64,000 nt of DNA, taken from positions 480,001 through 544,000 of the forward strand of contig JASGJN010000026.1 in assembly GCA_049840735.1 (NCBI GenBank), in the 5' to 3' direction. Position 1 is the first letter of the stretch. Each line of letters opens with the position of its first letter. The translations under genes were made by a program, and so were the position numbers. The notes under the pieces are model-generated. The model worked only from the letters and a program-made list of their open reading frames with translations. It made no database searches and was not told where the DNA came from. The DNA is from Anaeromyxobacter sp. (GTDB taxonomy: Bacteria > Myxococcota > Myxococcia > Myxococcales > Anaeromyxobacteraceae). Below, in pieces: positions 20,886-31,939 of the stretch.

Positions 20886-21641
20886 ATGATCGCCTGGGAG
20901 ATCGTGGAGCGCGCGGAGCAGCCCGGTGGCGGCGAGCTGGTGCTGGCTCGCCGGGGCCAGGAGTGGGCGGTGCGGGCCGGCGGGCGCGTGCTGATGACCT
21001 CGCGCGTCCACGGCTCGGAGGAGGCGCTGGCGGCGCTGGCGCTGGAGCGGGCCGCGCAGGCCCGGGCGGTGCTGCTGGGCGGCCTGGGGATGGGCTTCAC
21101 GCTGCGGGCCACGCTGGACCGGCTCCCCGGGGACGCGCGCGTGATCGTGGCCGAGCTCTCGCCGGCGCTGGTGGCCTGGAACCGGGGGCCGCTGGCGGAC
21201 CTGGCCGGCCGGCCGCTGGAGGATTCGCGGGTGCGGCTGCAGGTGGGAGACGCCGCGGCCCGGATCCGCGAGGCGCGGGGGGCCTGGGACGTGATCCTGC
21301 TCGACGTGGACAACGGCCCGGAGGCGGTGGCCCGCCCCGCCAACGCCGGGCTCTACGGCAACCCGGGCATCCGCGCCTGCCGCGACGCGCTGCGCGGCGG
21401 CGGCGTGCTGGCGGTCTGGTCGGCCGGGCCCGACGCCGCCTACCAGGCGCGCCTGGAGCGGGCCGGCCTCTCGGCCGAGGTCCGCACCGTGACCGCACGC
21501 GGCGAGGCCGGCGGCGTGCGCCACACCGTCTTCCTGGCCAGCAAGCCCGCCTCCCGCCCCAACCAGCCGCGCCCCGCGCCGGCGCGCCGGGCCGGGCCCG
21601 CGCCGCGGGGCGGCGTGCGGCGGCGGCCGGGGAGAGGGTAG
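20886..21641 (+). CDS. Spermidine synthase-like SAM-dependent methyltransferase
   Basis: LMTSR.HGSEE.LA, VLLGGLGMGFT, ILLDVDNGP, GGVLAVWSA. Confidence 0.8.
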   Translation: MIAWEIVERAEQPGGGELVLARRGQEWAVRAGGRVLMTSRVHGSEEALAALALERAAQARAVLLGGLGMGFTLRATLDRLPGDARVIVAELSPALVAWNRGPLADLAGRPLEDSRVRLQVGDAAARIREARGAWDVILLDVDNGPEAVARPANAGLYGNPGIRACRDALRGGGVLAVWSAGPDAAYQARLERAGLSAEVRTVTARGEAGGVRHTVFLASKPASRPNQPRPAPARRAGPAPRGGVRRRPGRG

Positions 21642-21650
21642 GCTCCCGGC

Positions 21651-22058
21651 GTGCGCCCGTCGCCCACCGCCCGCGCCGCGCTGGCCGCCGCCGCCCTGCT
21701 GGCGGCCGTCGCGCAGGCCGGCTGCTCCCGGAGCTACGACGACGAGCACTACCGGCGCGTCTCGGCGCTCTGCGCCGGGCTGGTGGAGGCGCGCGCCACG
21801 GTGGGGGACGCCGTGGCCGCGTTCGGCAAGCCGCCCTCGCAGGAGGCCTGCGAGCCGGCGGCCTCGCTGGGCGAGGGGGACGCCTGCACGGTCGCCGCGC
21901 CCTGCGCCGTCCGCTGGGTCTGGCCGGCGCGCGACGAGGGGCTGTGCGGCGGCGCCGGGTGCTCCTACGGCTGCGAGCTGCGCTTCGACGATCCGGCGCT
22001 CGAGGGCGGCAGCTGCGCCGGCCAGTTCCTGGACGCGATCCCGCCCGCGCGGCGGTAG
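21651..22058 (+). CDS. Small cysteine-rich lipoprotein
   Basis: Hydrophobic leader ending QAGC, then 8 further Cys. Confidence 0.55.
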   Translation: MRPSPTARAALAAAALLAAVAQAGCSRSYDDEHYRRVSALCAGLVEARATVGDAVAAFGKPPSQEACEPAASLGEGDACTVAAPCAVRWVWPARDEGLCGGAGCSYGCELRFDDPALEGGSCAGQFLDAIPPARR

Positions 22059-22119
22059 GCTCCGGCCGCGCTTGCCCCCGGCCGCCGGGTAGGGGATACC
22101 GGCAGCGGTGCCCGGCCCC

Positions 22120-22680
22120 ATGTACACCGCGCTCGAGGAGCGCCTGTTCCGCGCCCTGAACGCGGACGGCGGCCCCTGGCTCGACCGGCTGGCGACGCTG
22201 TTCGCGCCGGAGGAGACCGGCATCGCCTTCGGCCTGCTGCTGGCGCTGGCGCTCCTGTCGCTGCCGGGCCGCGAGGTGGGCCGCGCCGAGCGTGCCCGGC
22301 GGGTGGTGGCGCTGGGGCTGGCGGTGACGCTGAGCGACCTCCTGGGGAACGAGCTGATGCGGCCGCTCATCGGCCGCATGCGCCCGAACCACGCGCTGGA
22401 GGCGGTGCGCCAGCTGGCCCCGGGGCGCAACGTGGGCTCGCTCCCCAGCCTGCACGCCGCCAACTACGCAGCCATGGCCACCGTGGCCTTCGCGGGCGCC
22501 CGCTGGCTCGGGCTCCTGGCGGCCGGGGTGGCGGCGCTGGCCGCCTGGAGCCGCGTCTACGTGGGGGTGCACTGGCCCACCGACGTCCTGGCCGGCGCGG
22601 CCTGGGGCGTGGGCTGGGCCCTGGTCTCACTGCAGGTCACGCGCGGCGCGCTGCGCGCCTGGGTTCGCCGGCGCTGCTGA
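22120..22680 (+). CDS. PAP2-family phosphatase (start 22120 ATG or 22108 GTG)
   Basis: R.RP, SLPSLHA, SRVYVGVHWPTDV. Confidence 0.85.
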   Translation: MYTALEERLFRALNADGGPWLDRLATLFAPEETGIAFGLLLALALLSLPGREVGRAERARRVVALGLAVTLSDLLGNELMRPLIGRMRPNHALEAVRQLAPGRNVGSLPSLHAANYAAMATVAFAGARWLGLLAAGVAALAAWSRVYVGVHWPTDVLAGAAWGVGWALVSLQVTRGALRAWVRRRC

Positions 22681-22846
22681 CGGCCGGACGTCCCCTGTGA
22701 GGGCGGGCGTCCGGCCGGACCCCCGGCAGGCCCCTGGCCCCTGTCGTCCGATCCGGGGGGACCCCTCCGGCCCTGACCCGTGCCATGATGCAGGCCGCAG
22801 CGCGGACGGCTGATCGCCCCTGCTCCGTCCGTACGCTCCTCCTCCG

Positions 22847-23249
22847 ATGCCCCAGGAACCCGCCAGACCCAACGCCCCCCGGCTGCTCCTCGTCGAGGAC
22901 GAGGAGTCGAATCCGGCTGCTCATGCTGCGCCGGCTCACGCTGCGTGGGTTCAGCGTGACGGCGGTGGGCAGCGCCGAGGAGGCGCTGGAGGCGGCGCCG
23001 GTCGGCGGCTTCGGCGCGGTGCTGCTCGACGCCGGCCTGCCGGGCATGAACGGCTGGGAGGCGCTGGCGGCGCTGCGGGCCGACGAGCGGACGCAGGCGC
23101 TGCCGGTGGTGCTGGTCACGGCCCACGCCTACTCGGCCGACCGCGATCGCGCCATGGCGCTGGGGGCCTCGGGGTTCTTCTCCAAGCCGGTCGACTTCGC
23201 GGCGCTGGTGGCGCTGCTGTGGGAGCTGGCGGGGGCGCGCGCGGCGTGA
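22847..23249 (+). CDS. Single-domain response regulator; apparent +1 frameshift at 22909-22913
   Basis: LLLVEDEES joins IRLLMLRRL after GAATC->GATC; LLDAGLPGMNGW, LVTAHA, SKPVDF. Confidence 0.8.
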
Positions 23250-24412
23250 GCTGGCTGGAGCGGATCATCCCGGCGCGCCCGCCCCGCCCGACGCGGAGCG
23301 GGCTCCTGATCCTGGCGGCGCTGGTGGCCGCGGCGGTGGCCGTCGGGGTGGTGCTGCGGGCGCTCGGGCTGGACGACGCCGGCGTGCTGACCCTGGTCTG
23401 GGCGGTGCCGGCCGGCTGGATGCTGGGGGCGCGCGCCGGGCTGGCGGCCGGCGTGGCCGGGCTGGTGCTCGACGTGGTGCTCACCCGCACCGGCGTGAAC
23501 CCCGGGCCGCTGCGGGACGACTGGCCGGGGCTGGTGGCGGGGCTGCTGGTGCCGCCCGCGGCCGGCGCCGCGCGCAGCCTGGTGGAGAAGATGCAGGCGC
23601 AGGCGGCGCAGCTGGAGGCCGCGCGGGTGGAGGCCATCCGCGCCTCGCAGGCCAAGAGCGCCTTCCTGGCGCGCATGAGCCACGAGCTGCGCACGCCGCT
23701 GGCGTCGATCCTGGGCTACGCCGAGCTCCTGCAGGAGGAGGCGCGGGACGGGGCCCCGGAGGCGCTGGACGCCGACCTGAACCGGATCACCCAGGCGGCC
23801 CGCCACCTGATGGCGCTGGTGGAGGACCTGCTCGACCTGACCCGCATCGAGGCGCAGCAGCTCACGCTCACCTTCGAGCCCTTCTCGCCGGCGGCGATGG
23901 CCGCCGACGCGGCCGAGCTGATCCGGCCGCTGGCCGAGGCGGGCGGCAACCAGCTGGTGCTGGAGGTGGAGCGGGCGCCGGAGCGGCTGGTCTCGGACCA
24001 GCGCCGCTTCAAGCAGGTGCTGCTCAACCTGGCCGGGAACGCGGCCAAGTTCACGCGCCAGGGCACCGTCACGGTCATCGTGGAGCGGGCGCCGCGCGGC
24101 GAGGTGGCCGGGCTGGCGCTGCGGGTGAAGGACACCGGGCCGGGCATGACGCCGGAGGAGCAGCGGCGGCTCTTCGAGGAGTTCTACCAGGCGCCGCGGG
24201 CCCGGGCCTCGGGCAAGGGCACCGGCCTGGGGCTGGCCATCTCGCGGCGGCTCTGCGAGCTGCTGGGCGGCACGCTGGAGGTGGCCAGCGCGCCGGGCGA
24301 GGGGAGCACCTTCACGGCCTGGTTCCCGTCGGTGGAGAGCGCGGTGGCCTTCACCAGCGGCGTGGGTCAGAGCAGCCGGCCGGCCAGGACGATCGACGCC
24401 ACGGTGAAGTAG
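23246..24412 (+). CDS. Membrane sensor histidine kinase
   Basis: N-terminal TMs; KSAFLARMSHELRTPL, NAAKFT, DTGPGM, GTGLGL; GTGA overlap with the response regulator. Confidence 0.9.
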   Translation: MSWLERIIPARPPRPTRSGLLILAALVAAAVAVGVVLRALGLDDAGVLTLVWAVPAGWMLGARAGLAAGVAGLVLDVVLTRTGVNPGPLRDDWPGLVAGLLVPPAAGAARSLVEKMQAQAAQLEAARVEAIRASQAKSAFLARMSHELRTPLASILGYAELLQEEARDGAPEALDADLNRITQAARHLMALVEDLLDLTRIEAQQLTLTFEPFSPAAMAADAAELIRPLAEAGGNQLVLEVERAPERLVSDQRRFKQVLLNLAGNAAKFTRQGTVTVIVERAPRGEVAGLALRVKDTGPGMTPEEQRRLFEEFYQAPRARASGKGTGLGLAISRRLCELLGGTLEVASAPGEGSTFTAWFPSVESAVAFTSGVGQSSRPARTIDATVK

Positions 24413-25701
24413 ATCACCAGCCCGCTCACGTCCACCAGGGTGGCCACGAACGGCGCCGAGGCGCTGGCCGGGTCGAGCCCGAGCCGCCGCAGCAGGAAGG
24501 GCAGCATCGAGCCGGCCAGGCAGCCCCACAGCACCACGCCGACGAGCGAGAGCCCCACGGTGGCGGCCACCGCCACGGCGTGCTCGCCGTAGGTGTGGAA
24601 CATCCCCTGCCAGACCAGGATGCGGGTGACGCCGATGGCGCCCAGGATCAGCCCCAGCCCCAGCCCGGAGAAGACCTCCCGCCGCGCCACGCGCCACCAG
24701 TCGCGCAGCCGCACCTCCCCCAGCGCCATGGCGCGGATCACCAGCGTGGTGGCCTGCGAGCCGGAGTTGCCGCCGGAGGAGATGATGAGCGGGACGAAGA
24801 GGGCCAGCACCACCGCCTTGGCGATCTCGTCCTCGTAGGAGGCCATGGCGGTGGCGGTCAGCATCTCGCCCAGGAAGAGCGCGGCCAGCCAGCCGGCCCG
24901 CTTCTTAACCATCGACCCCATCGACATGTCGAGGTAGGGCGCGCCCAGGGCCTCGGTGCCGCCCAGGCGCTGGATGTCCTCGGTGGCCTCCTCCTGCACC
25001 ACGTCCACGATGTCGTCGACGGTCACGAGGCCGCGCATCCGGCCCTCGGCGTCCACCACCGGCACGGCGATCAGGTCGTGCTGGGCGAAGACGCGGCTGA
25101 CCGCCTCCTGGTCCATGTCGTCGCGCACCGTCACCACGTCGCGGACCATCGCGTCCTGCACCTGCTGGTCGGGGCGGGCGGTGAAGAGGTCGCGGAACGA
25201 GGTCACGCCCAGCAGGCGCTGATCCGCGTCGAGGACGTAGGCGTAGTAGATGGTCTCGACCCGGTCCCGCGCCTGGCGGCGCAGGTAGGTGATGGCCTCG
25301 TCCACGCTCATGTCCGGCCGCACGCGCGCGAAGCGCGGGTTCATCAGGCCGCCGGCGTCGTCCTCGGCGTAGGCCAGCAGCGCCGAGACCTCGCGCCGGG
25401 TCGCCTCGTCGAGGAGCGCCAGCAGCCCCGGCCGCTCCTCCGGCGGGTGGAGTTGGAGGAGGTCGGCGGTGTCGTCGGGGGCCAGGAGCCGCAGCCAGGC
25501 GCGCCGCTCCGCCTGCGGCAGGCTGGAGAGCAGGTGGAGCTGGTCGCGCGACGAGCTCTCCAGGAAGAAGTCCTCCTGGTCGATCCGGCCCAGCGCGTGA
25601 AACCCTTCGGCCCGCTCCTCGTCGGAGAGGAGGTCCCAGGTCTCGCGCAGCTCCTCCGGAGTCAGGGCGAGGTCGAGGGAGGGCTCTGGCGGGGTGGTCA
25701 C
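24367..25701 (-). CDS. mgtE: Magnesium transporter MgtE
   Basis: MgtE N-domain, CBS pair, EEATEDI, SSGGNSGSQ, DPASASAPFVATLVD. Confidence 0.95.
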   Translation of the reverse strand: MTTPPEPSLDLALTPEELRETWDLLSDEERAEGFHALGRIDQEDFFLESSSRDQLHLLSSLPQAERRAWLRLLAPDDTADLLQLHPPEERPGLLALLDEATRREVSALLAYAEDDAGGLMNPRFARVRPDMSVDEAITYLRRQARDRVETIYYAYVLDADQRLLGVTSFRDLFTARPDQQVQDAMVRDVVTVRDDMDQEAVSRVFAQHDLIAVPVVDAEGRMRGLVTVDDIVDVVQEEATEDIQRLGGTEALGAPYLDMSMGSMVKKRAGWLAALFLGEMLTATAMASYEDEIAKAVVLALFVPLIISSGGNSGSQATTLVIRAMALGEVRLRDWWRVARREVFSGLGLGLILGAIGVTRILVWQGMFHTYGEHAVAVAATVGLSLVGVVLWGCLAGSMLPFLLRRLGLDPASASAPFVATLVDVSGLVIYFTVASIVLAGRLL

Positions 25702-25889
25702 TGTGGATCTCCGGCGCGACGGTGCCACTTCCTAACCCACCTGGCGCACGCTGGCACGCGCGGAGTCGCGGGCGCCGGGCCGCTGCGCGCGCCCCGGCGC
25801 ACCCGCCTGCACCGCACCCACCGGGGGAACGGGTCAGGCCAGGAGCCGGGCTTGACGGGTCCGGAGCGCTGTGGCCGTATCATGCCATC

Positions 25890-25901
25890 GCAAACGTTTG
25901 C
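25890..25901. promoter_or_regulatory. LacI-family (RbsR-type) operator upstream of rbsR-rbsK
   Basis: Perfect palindrome GCAAACGTTTGC with the LacI-type central CG. Confidence 0.75.
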
Positions 25902-26085
25902 TCGGCGTGCTCCAGCGGTCGCCGGGCGGCGGCGCGTCGCCTGCCCGTCAGGGGCGGTGGAGGCGCCGGGATGCCGGACGTTGTGTTCGGCCGCGCGGGG
26001 CCGGACCAGCGTATGATCGTGCAGGTGCTTGTGGCCCGGCGCGGGCGCGCGCGGGAGCGACGGCTGGGAGGGGCCGAGAGAAGAC

Positions 26086-27123
26086 ATGGCGACCATCAAG
26101 GACGTGGCTGCGCTGGCCGGAGTGTCCTACACGACGGTCTCGCACGTGCTGAACGAGACGCGGCCGGTGCTGCCCGGCACGCGCGAGCGCGTGCTGGCCG
26201 CGGCCCGGAAGCTGGACTACGAGCCCAGCGCGGTGGCCCGCTCGCTCAAGCACCAGGTCACGCACACCGTCGGCCTGCTGGTCCCCAACAGCACCAACCC
26301 GTACTTCGCCGAGCTGGCGCGCGGCATCGAGGACGCCTGCTTCGCGGCCGGCCACAGCCTGATCCTCTGCTCGTCGGACGACGAGCCGGAGCGGCAGGCG
26401 GCGTACCTGAGATTGCTGCGGCAGAAGCGCGTGGACGGGATCGTCGTCGCGTCCGCCAGCGACGAGCCGCGCTGGGTGGGCGCGCTGCGCGACCTGCGCC
26501 TCCCGCTGGTGGTGGTGGACCGCGGAATCGGCGGCCTCTCCGCCGACCTGGTGCAGGTGGACAACGAGCGCGGCGGGGCGCTGGCGGCAGAGCACCTGCT
26601 CTCCCTGGGGCACGAGGCCATCGCCTGCATCACCGGCCCGCCGGGGCTGAGCGTGGACCGCGACCGGCTCCGCGGTTTCCGCCGGGCGCTGGCGGCCGGC
26701 GGCGTGAAGCTGCCGGAGGGCCGGGTGCTGGAGAGCGACTTCACCGCCCCGGGCGGCCGCAAGGCGGCGCTGGAGCTGCTGGAGAGGACGCCGCGGCTCA
26801 CCGCCCTCTTCGTCTTCAACGACCTGATGGCCATCGGCGCGCTGCGCGCGGCGGCCGAGCTGGGGCTCCCGGTGCCGGGGCGGCTCTCGGTGGTCGGCTT
26901 CGACGACGTGGAGCTGTCACGGTACGTTTACCCGTCGCTCACCACGGTGGGCCAGTCCATCCGCAAGCTGGGCGAGGCCACCGTCGAGGCGCTCTTCGCG
27001 CGGGCGGCGCGCAGGGAGGAGGCGCCGCGCAGGGTGCGGCTGCGCCCCATGCTGCACGCCCGCGAGAGCACCGGCCCTGCGCCGGGCGCCGCGCAGGCGA
27101 AGGAGGGGAGGCGGACGCCGTGA
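26086..27123 (+). CDS. rbsR: LacI-family repressor, ribose regulon
   Basis: MATIKDVA..AGVS..TVSHVLN, NPYFAE, NDLMAIG, SVVGFDD; coupled to rbsK. Confidence 0.85.
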   Translation: MATIKDVAALAGVSYTTVSHVLNETRPVLPGTRERVLAAARKLDYEPSAVARSLKHQVTHTVGLLVPNSTNPYFAELARGIEDACFAAGHSLILCSSDDEPERQAAYLRLLRQKRVDGIVVASASDEPRWVGALRDLRLPLVVVDRGIGGLSADLVQVDNERGGALAAEHLLSLGHEAIACITGPPGLSVDRDRLRGFRRALAAGGVKLPEGRVLESDFTAPGGRKAALELLERTPRLTALFVFNDLMAIGALRAAAELGLPVPGRLSVVGFDDVELSRYVYPSLTTVGQSIRKLGEATVEALFARAARREEAPRRVRLRPMLHARESTGPAPGAAQAKEGRRTP

Positions 27124-28023
27124 CCTCGCCGCAGGTGGTGGTGGTGGGCAGCCTCAACATGGACCTGGTGGCGCGCGCGGCGCGCCTGCCGGTCCCGGGC
27201 GACCGTGCCCGGCGAGGCCTTCACCACCGTGCCGGGCGGCAAGGGCGGCAACCAGGCGGTGGCCGCGGCGCGGCTGGGCGCCCGCACGGCGCTGGTGGGC
27301 TGCCTCGGCGACGACGGGTTCGGCGCGCAGCTCCGGGCAGTCCTGGCGGCGGACGGCATCGAGCTGTCCGCGGTGCGGACCGCGGCCGGCACCTCCTCCG
27401 GCGTGGCGCTGATCGTGGTGGACGGCGCGGGGCGCAACGGGATCGTGGTGGTGCCGGGCGCGAACGGCCTGCTCGCGCCGGACGACGTGGAGGCCGCCGC
27501 GCCGCTCCTGGCGGCCGCCCAAGTGGTGGTGCTGCAGCTGGAGACGCCGCTCGAGACCGTGACCCGCGCGGCCGAGCGCGCCCGGGCGCTGGGCAAGCAG
27601 GTGGTGCTCAACCCGGCGCCGGCGCGGCCGCTCCCCGACGCGCTGCTGCGGCTGGTGGACTGGCTGGTGCCCAACGAGACCGAGGCCGCCGCGCTCTCCG
27701 GGCTGCCGGTGGGGTCGCTGGCCGAGGCCGAGGCGGCCGCGCGGGCGCTCCAGGCGCGCGGCGCGCGGCAGGTGCTGGTCACCCTGGGTGAGCAGGGGGC
27801 GCTGGTGGCGGGCGCCGGCCCGGCGCAGCACTTCCCCGCGCCCCGGGTGAAGGCCGTGGACACCACCGCGGCGGGGGACACCTTCATCGGCGGGTTCTGC
27901 GTGGGGCTGGTGGAGGGCAAGACCATCCCAGAGGCGGTCGGGCTGGCGCAGGCCGCCGCGGCCCTGAGCGTGACCCGCTTCGGAGCGCAGCCCTCCATCC
28001 CGCGCCGCGCCGAGCTGGGCTGA
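27120..28023 (+). CDS. rbsK: Ribokinase; apparent 2-bp deletion near 27200
   Basis: VVVVGSLNMDL, PGGKGGNQAVA, LQLE.P, PNETE, DTTAAGDTFIG. Confidence 0.9.
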
Positions 28024-28115
28024 TCCCTGGGGCGGAGGGCGGGGCGGCGGCCCCGCGCCGCGCTGCGGCAAACTGCATGCGGCGGCCGGGGCCGGCCGGT
28101 GCCACACTCGGCGCC

Positions 28116-28560
28116 ATGGACGGGAGCGCCGACGGCACCGCTGTCACCCGCGCGTTCGTGGCCAGGCACCAGGTCCACTACGACGTCCGCGACGAGATCG
28201 AGGTGGTGGACGAGCAGCGGATCAGGACCGGCTACACGCTGCGGCTGTGGGGCGTGGTACCGGCCGGCGGCCCCGAGCTGCTGCCGGCCGAGGTCCCCAC
28301 CTCGCCCCTGGCCCACGGCCTCTCGCACCTGGCCGAGCACGCCATCCCGGTGGCCCGGGGCCGGACCTCGGTGCTGATCGAGCCGCCCGGCCCGGCCCTC
28401 TACGCGTCACGGGTGGTGAACGGCGCCGACGAGAATCGCGCTCGACGTGCGGATCGTCACCGGCCAGCTCTCCGGGATCCCGGCCGGCGCCCCGGAGGCG
28501 GCCTGCCTCAAGGCCGTCCGCCAGACGCTGGAGCAGCTGGGGGCGAAGCAGCGGGACTGA
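28116..28560 (+). CDS. Hypothetical protein; apparent +1 frameshift at 28433-28437
   Basis: Correction gives DEIALDVRIV...CLKAVRQTLEQLGAKQRD* with coding-like codons. Confidence 0.6.
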
Positions 28561-28663
28561 GCGAGGCGGCCTGGGGCCACCCCACGCCGCCCCGCCGCGC
28601 CGGGCGCGGGGGCCAGGACGCATCCGCCTGCAGGCGGCCCCGAGGTGAGGTAGAACGGCCGGC

Positions 28664-29875
28664 ATGCGCGCCCCGGCCACCTTCCTCCTGCTGCTCGCGT
28701 ACCTGGCCTTCGTCTCGCTGGGACTGCCCGACACCGTGCTGGGCGTGGCCTGGCCCTCGCTGCGCGGCGCCTTCGACCTCTCGCAAGCCGGCATGAGCGC
28801 CGTGCTGGTCTCGCAGGTCAGCGGGTACTTCCTCTCCGGGCTGGTGGCGGGGCGGCTGGTGGGGAAGCTGGGCGTGGGCGGGCTCCTGGCCGGGAGCAGC
28901 CTGCTGGTGGCGCTGGGGCTGGCCGGCTACGCCGCCGCCCCGGCCTGGGCGCTCTTCTTCCCCTGGGCCGCCGTGATCGGCCTCGGCTCCGGCGCCATCG
29001 ACGCCGGCATCAACGGCTACGCCGCGCGCCACTTCCCGGTGCGCCACCTCAACTGGCTGCACGCGTTCTGGAGCGTCGGCGCCACCGCCGGCCCCGCCAT
29101 CATGACCGCGCTCATCGCCGGGGGGGCTGGCTGGCGCGCCGGCTACGCCGTGCTCTCCGCCGCGCTGGCCGCCATGACCGCCGCGTTCTTCATCACCCGG
29201 AGCAGCTGGAACGACCCCGCCGCGCCGCCGCAGCCCGCCCCCGCCGGCGAGGATGGCCAGCCTCCGCCGCACGCGCCCATCGCCGACGAGCCGCTCGCCC
29301 AGGTGCTCCGGCGCGGGCGGGTCTGGCTGCAAATCGCGATCTTCTTCTGCTACACCGGCCTCGAGGCCGGCACAGGTGCCTGGTGCTTCACCGTCCTGCG
29401 CGAGGCGCGCGGGCTCTCGGTGGAGGCCGCCGGCGCGCTGACCACGGTCTTCTGGGGCAGCCTCACCGCCGGCCGCATCGCCATGGGGTTCGTGGTGGAT
29501 CGGGTGGGCGCGGATCGCCTGCTCCGGCTCGCCACCCTCGGCGCGCTGGCCGGCGCCACGCTGTTCGCCGCCGGCGGCGCCGTGGGGGGCGGCGCCGGGC
29601 TGGTGGTGCTGGGTGTCTGCCTGGCCCCGCTCTTCCCCACGCTGATGGCGCGGACCCCGGCCCGCCTCGGCGCCGGCGCGACCGCGCACGCCGTCGGCTT
29701 CCAGGTGAGCGCCGCCACGCTCGGCTCGGCCGTGATGCCGTCGGTGGCCGGCTTCCTGGCGCAGCGGATCGGCCTGGGCGCCGTCGGCCCGTGGCTGGCC
29801 CTGCTGGCGCTGGCGCTGCTGGCGCTGCACGAGACGCTGCTGAAGGTGACGCGGGTGAGGGTGGCGGAGGCCTGA
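28664..29875 (+). CDS. MFS transporter
   Basis: About 12 TM helices; SLGLPD..LGVAWPS, GAIDAG.N.Y, NWLHAFW. Confidence 0.9.
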   Translation: MRAPATFLLLLAYLAFVSLGLPDTVLGVAWPSLRGAFDLSQAGMSAVLVSQVSGYFLSGLVAGRLVGKLGVGGLLAGSSLLVALGLAGYAAAPAWALFFPWAAVIGLGSGAIDAGINGYAARHFPVRHLNWLHAFWSVGATAGPAIMTALIAGGAGWRAGYAVLSAALAAMTAAFFITRSSWNDPAAPPQPAPAGEDGQPPPHAPIADEPLAQVLRRGRVWLQIAIFFCYTGLEAGTGAWCFTVLREARGLSVEAAGALTTVFWGSLTAGRIAMGFVVDRVGADRLLRLATLGALAGATLFAAGGAVGGGAGLVVLGVCLAPLFPTLMARTPARLGAGATAHAVGFQVSAATLGSAVMPSVAGFLAQRIGLGAVGPWLALLALALLALHETLLKVTRVRVAEA

Positions 29876-29891
29876 CCCGGAACGCAGGCCG

Positions 29892-30956
29892 CTACAGCTG
29901 GCTGGCCGTGAGGCTGTCATCCGCCGCGAAGACGCGGGCCCGGCGCGGCGCCAGGTGGACCTGCTCGCCGGCCGCGAGCGCCAGGCGCTCCGCGGTGCGG
30001 GTCTCCACCTCGACCTCGATGGGCCCGTCGTGCGCCGCCGAGCTGAGCTCCACCCGGACCGCCGAGCCCAGCGGGACCACGCGGTCCACGCGGGCCGGGA
30101 AGGCGCCCGCCGCCGGGTCGCGCTGGATCTCCAGCTCGTGCGGGCGGACGAAGACGTGGGCCCGGCCCGGCGCGCGCCGGCCCGCGTCGGCGAAGGGGAC
30201 GCCGTTGAGCCAGGCCTGGCCGCGCTCGATGCGGCCGTGGAAGACGTTCACCGCGCCCAGGAAGCGCATCACGAACGGGCTGGCCGGCTCCTCGAAGACC
30301 TGCGCCGGCGTGCCCACCTGCTCGATCCGCCCCGCGTTCATCAGGACCACGCGGTCGGCCACCTCGAAGGCCTCCTCCTGGTCGTGCGTGACGAAGACGC
30401 TGGTCACGTGCAGCTCGTCGTGCAGCCGCCGCAGCCAGCGGCGCAGGTCCTGGCGCACGCGCGCGTCCAGCGCGCCGAAGGGCTCGTCCAGCAGGAGGAA
30501 GCGCGGCGCCGTGGCCAGCGCGCGGGCCAGCGCCACGCGCTGCCGCTGGCCGCCCGAGAGCTGCTGCGGGTAGCGGTTGCGGTAGCCGTCCAGCTGGACC
30601 AGCGAGAGCAGCTCGTCCACCCGCGCCTTCACCTCGGCGCGCGGCCGCTTGCGGACCCGCAGCGCGAAGGCCACGTTCTCGGCCACCGTGAGGTGGCGGA
30701 AGAGCGCGTAGTGCTGGAAGACCACGCCCACGTTCCGCTCGCGCGCCGAGCGGGCCGACAGGTCCTCCCCGTCGTGCCGCACCGCGCCCGCGTCCGGGTG
30801 CTCCAGGCCGGCGATGATCCGGAGCAGCGTGGTCTTGCCGCAGCCCGACGGGCCCAGCAGCGCCACCAGCTCGCCGGAGGGGACCTGCAGCGACACGTCG
30901 CGCAGGACCGGGTGGCCGTCGAAGGACTTCCGGATGCCCTGGACCTCGATGCTCAT
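29892..30956 (-). CDS. cysA: Sulfate ABC transporter ATP-binding protein
   Basis: [35 protein letters not shown]. Confidence 0.92.
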   Translation of the reverse strand: MSIEVQGIRKSFDGHPVLRDVSLQVPSGELVALLGPSGCGKTTLLRIIAGLEHPDAGAVRHDGEDLSARSARERNVGVVFQHYALFRHLTVAENVAFALRVRKRPRAEVKARVDELLSLVQLDGYRNRYPQQLSGGQRQRVALARALATAPRFLLLDEPFGALDARVRQDLRRWLRRLHDELHVTSVFVTHDQEEAFEVADRVVLMNAGRIEQVGTPAQVFEEPASPFVMRFLGAVNVFHGRIERGQAWLNGVPFADAGRRAPGRAHVFVRPHELEIQRDPAAGAFPARVDRVVPLGSAVRVELSSAAHDGPIEVEVETRTAERLALAAGEQVHLAPRRARVFAADDSLTASQL

Positions 30957-31939
30957 GGGATGGCCTCCTCGGCCGCTTCGCGGGACACCGCCCGGGGCTC
31001 CGCCGCCGCGCCGTCGCCCTCGACGGCGGGCGCCGCGGCCTGCGCCGCGTCGCGGTGGGCCCGCCGCTGGTGCCACTCCAGCGCCTGCTTGGCCACCAGC
31101 GTGACCAGCGCGAGCAGGAAGAGCAGGGAGGCCACCGCGAAGGCCGCCTGGAACGCGTACTCGTTGTAGAGGATCTCGACGTGCAGCGGGATGGTGTTGG
31201 TCAGCCCGCGGATGTGGCCCGACACCACCGAGACCGCGCCGAACTCGCCCATCGCCCGGGCGTTGCAGAGGATCACGCCGTAGAGCAGGCTCCACTTCAC
31301 GTTGGGGAGCGTGACGCGGGTGAGGATCTGCCAGCCGTTCGCGCCCAGCGTCAGCGCCGCCTCCTCCTCCTCGATGCCCTGCGCCTGCATGAAGGGGATG
31401 AGCTCGCGGGCCACGAAGGGGAAGGTGACGAAGACCGTGGCCAGCACGATGCCCGGCACCGCGAAGACGATCTTCACGCCGTGGTCGATGAGGAAGGGGC
31501 CCAGCCAGCCGTGCGCCCCGAAGAGCAGCACCGTCACCATCCCGGAGATGACCGGCGAGACGCCGAAGGGCAGGTCGATGAGCGAGAGCAGCGCGCTCTT
31601 CCCGCGGTAGCGGAAGCGCGTCACCGACCAGGCCGCGGCCAGGCCGAAGAGCGTGTTGAGCGGGACGGCGAAGAGCGCCACCAGCCCCGTGAGCCGGATG
31701 GCCGCCAGCGCGTCCGGGTCCACCAGGGCCTTCCACCAGAGCGCCAGCCCCTTGCGCAGCGCCTCGTGGACCACGCTCGCCGCCGGGACCAGCACCAGCA
31801 GCGAGAGCAGCAGCAGGGCCAGGGCCGTCAGGCTCCAGCGCACCCAGGCCGGATCCTGCGTGGCCGGGCGGACGCGGGGCGCGCCGCGGGCGGGGGCGGC
31901 CGGGGAGGCCAGCGCGGCGGCGTCGGCGGAGGCGCTCAT
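30953..31939 (-). CDS. cysW: Sulfate ABC transporter permease
   Basis: [36 protein letters not shown]. Confidence 0.92.
   Translation of the reverse strand: MSASADAAALASPAAPARGAPRVRPATQDPAWVRWSLTALALLLLSLLVLVPAASVVHEALRKGLALWWKALVDPDALAAIRLTGLVALFAVPLNTLFGLAAAWSVTRFRYRGKSALLSLIDLPFGVSPVISGMVTVLLFGAHGWLGPFLIDHGVKIVFAVPGIVLATVFVTFPFVARELIPFMQAQGIEEEEAALTLGANGWQILTRVTLPNVKWSLLYGVILCNARAMGEFGAVSVVSGHIRGLTNTIPLHVEILYNEYAFQAAFAVASLLFLLALVTLVAKQALEWHQRRAHRDAAQAAAPAVEGDGAAAEPRAVSREAAEEAIP

Noticed and set aside
17158..20889. Very long alternative-frame ORFs (e.g. 1243 aa here, 40418-45160, 33383-36340, 50632-53637)
   Set aside because: Arg/Gly/Pro/Ala-rich shadow frames typical of high-GC DNA, overlapping well-supported genes; only the first part of 17158-20889 is real coding sequence
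25702..25890. Mg-sensing riboswitch upstream of mgtE
   Set aside because: No recognisable M-box consensus by eye; an Rfam scan would be needed
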